NCBI GenBank assembly: GCA_009783565.1 | Contig: WRDF01000007.1 | Coordinates: 8,882 to 32,881 of the forward strand | Length of the DNA: 24,000 nt | Source of the DNA: Rikenellaceae bacterium | GTDB lineage: Bacteria; Bacteroidota; Bacteroidia; Bacteroidales; Rikenellaceae | Reading direction: 5' to 3' | Shown here: positions 22,569 through 24,000 of the stretch, in pieces | Layout: every line of letters begins with the position of its first letter | How positions within the stretch are numbered: position 1 is the first letter of the stretch | Translations under genes and position numbers: made by a program | The notes under the pieces: generated by a model | What the model was told of the DNA's origin: nothing | Seen by the model: the letters and a program-made list of their open reading frames with translations, nothing else | Databases searched by the model: none

Positions 22569-23857
22569 AGTGCTGCCGTTTTGTGTTTTCTATGACCAGG
22601 TCGGATATTCCGAAGGTCGGACTTAGGTCGGTCATCGGTAAATCGATATTTATCTCCGATCTTAGCCGCCAGCATTTCCATATCCCGCCCGATCTTATCT
22701 CTGGTTATCTTAGCGTAAATCTGAGTGGTTTTGATGCTCGTATGACCGAGCATCTTGGAAACTGTTTCGAGAGGAACTCCCTGAGACAAAGTGACTGTGG
22801 TCGCAAATGTGTGCCGCGCGATATGATACGAGAGCCTCATGTCGAACTCACATTGCTTGGCTATCTCTTTAAGTACACGATTGCAATAGGCCAGATCGGG
22901 GACATCGAACAACTTGTTGTCTTTTGTAGGCAGGCAGGCATATTTTTTCATCAGTTCGAGCGGAACATCCAATAACCGGATGGCGGTCGGCACATTGGTC
23001 TTTTGCCGCTTCGTATCGATCCATTTGGAACCGTTGGCTTCCGTTACGATATTATCATGGGTCAGATTTTTAAGATCGACGTGAGCCAATCCGCAAAAGC
23101 AACTGAATAGGAACATATCCCGTACCAAATCCTGTCCCGGAAACTCCAATTTCTGTGTCATCAGCCGCTGCAACTGATCTTCTTTAAGGAAACCACGTTC
23201 CCGAACTTCCATTTTCAGGCGATAATCGGCAAAAGGGTTACGGCTTATCCATCCCCGATTGTGGGCAATCGTTACCATCCGTTTGAGTGGGCGCAGGTAT
23301 ATATTCGATGAAGAAGAAGTCAGTCCGCAGTCAGTCATCAGATAAAGGGCGAAGTTCTCGATAAATTCCGGTTCCAGTTCTTTGAGCGGAATATCGTAAG
23401 TCCGATATTTGAGTTTGATAAAGTCGGCTAACTTGGCGTGAACGCTACGGTATTTGCGAAACGTACTCTGCGCCCGGTCGATCTTAACGTGTTTCCGGAA
23501 GCTGTCGTTATGCTCCTGAAACAACGAAAGCAGGGTTTTGTATTCCTCGCCCATTCCCATATAGGCATCCCGCACTTTTGTCGCCGACACATAGGCATCT
23601 TTATCCGATATGCGTTGGTAATGCCTGGTGATCTGAACACGGATATTATCAATTATCCTGTTGATCCTCTGCGCTTCGAGGCCCTTGCCTGCCGCGCGGT
23701 TACTTTTCATATCCCACAACTGCGAATCGATGTCGAATTTGCAGCTGAACTGTGCGATATTCCCGTTTACGGTGATGCGACCCATAACCGGCACTTTGCC
23801 GTTGGGTTTAGGAGCGTTCTTTTTCAGGTAGAACAGAACCTTGAATGTGCTTCTCAT
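22565..23857 (-). CDS. tyrosine site-specific integrase (Bacteroides CTn/NBU type)
   Basis: 430 aa. The N-terminal arm-binding-like region is FKVLFYLKKNAPKPNGKVPVMGRITVNG. The catalytic region has HIARHTFATT (HxxR) and LGHTSIKTTQIYAKI (H...Y). Confidence 0.9.
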   Translation of the reverse strand: MRSTFKVLFYLKKNAPKPNGKVPVMGRITVNGNIAQFSCKFDIDSQLWDMKSNRAAGKGLEAQRINRIIDNIRVQITRHYQRISDKDAYVSATKVRDAYMGMGEEYKTLLSLFQEHNDSFRKHVKIDRAQSTFRKYRSVHAKLADFIKLKYRTYDIPLKELEPEFIENFALYLMTDCGLTSSSSNIYLRPLKRMVTIAHNRGWISRNPFADYRLKMEVRERGFLKEDQLQRLMTQKLEFPGQDLVRDMFLFSCFCGLAHVDLKNLTHDNIVTEANGSKWIDTKRQKTNVPTAIRLLDVPLELMKKYACLPTKDNKLFDVPDLAYCNRVLKEIAKQCEFDMRLSYHIARHTFATTVTLSQGVPLETVSKMLGHTSIKTTQIYAKITRDKIGRDMEMLAAKIGDKYRFTDDRPKSDLRNIRPGHRKHKTAAL

Positions 23858-24000
23858 AGCTCTAAGATTTTGGTTGTAAAACTACTTTTCTTAGAGTCGC
23901 ACGTCAAGATGTGGATTTATGCAAACAAGTGAAAACAGCACGTTGCAAATTACTCCCGTTTCGTTACCGGTAATGATCTGGTAACTAAACTAGTTGCCAA

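Larger units (their letters stand above)
7787..24000. mobile_element. tRNA-Gly-flanking mosaic genomic island, probably an integrative mobilizable element (NBU/IME-like). Its right boundary was not found inside the window.
   Basis: The island starts directly 3' of a tRNA and carries a tyrosine integrase (22565-23857), MobC plus relaxase (14683-16363), HTH_17/DUF3408-type genes, an IS and defence genes. Base composition switches visibly between AT-rich blocks (about 7.9-14.6 kb and 18.5-21.05 kb) and blocks nearer the host composition. Confidence 0.65.

Noticed and set aside
22192-22975. Plus-strand ORFs 22192-22626 and 22583-22975 opposite the RhuM-like and integrase genes
   Set aside because: They are antisense to ORFs with clear family motifs and have no motifs of their own.
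23858-24000. Search for an att-type direct repeat of the tRNA-Gly 3' end (gagttcgagcctcgttttccgctc) beyond the integrase
   Set aside because: I saw no match by eye in the 143 nt available. The element boundary is probably outside the window, so no att site is called.
1-24000. CRISPR arrays, rRNA genes and additional tRNAs
   Set aside because: I saw no regularly spaced direct repeats and no rRNA-like conserved blocks. The only cloverleaf I could fold is at 7714-7786.

Overview
This looks like a Bacteroidota chromosome segment. TAnnTTTG -7 promoter boxes sit in front of several genes, and the housekeeping genes look GC-rich by eye (Alistipes/Rikenellaceae-like, which is an inference). Positions 1-7.8 kb hold a truncated Abi_2-like gene, a LysE-family exporter, cmk, ispH, a DUF2520-type Rossmann protein, kdsC, deoC, dxs, a PEGA lipoprotein and tRNA-Gly(CCC). 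From the tRNA 3' end to the right edge (at least 16 kb) lies a mosaic integrated mobilizable island with six parts. (i) An AT-rich defence cargo: a polytopic-membrane-anchored HerA-like ATPase encoded as a single gene with no NurA/SIR2/DUF4297 partner (my top candidate for an undescribed system), an overlapping vsr-dcm-EcoRII-type R-M operon, and a frameshifted AbiC-like gene. (ii) MobC plus a relaxase. (iii) A roughly 1 kb GC-rich, ORF-less, hairpin-dense region with internal repeats, a candidate oriT plus structured RNA. (iv) An orphan 311-aa protein. (v) A 2507-bp IS1595-family element with perfect 23-bp terminal inverted repeats, an 8-bp target duplication (AATCTTAA) and passenger genes. 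(vi) A decaying DUF3408/HTH/HTH module (two in-frame TGAs, a poly-A frameshift, a 93-nt in-frame insertion), a RhuM-like gene and a tyrosine integrase. I saw no rRNA gene and no CRISPR array. All family assignments come from motifs I recognise in the translations, not from database searches, and GC statements are by eye.
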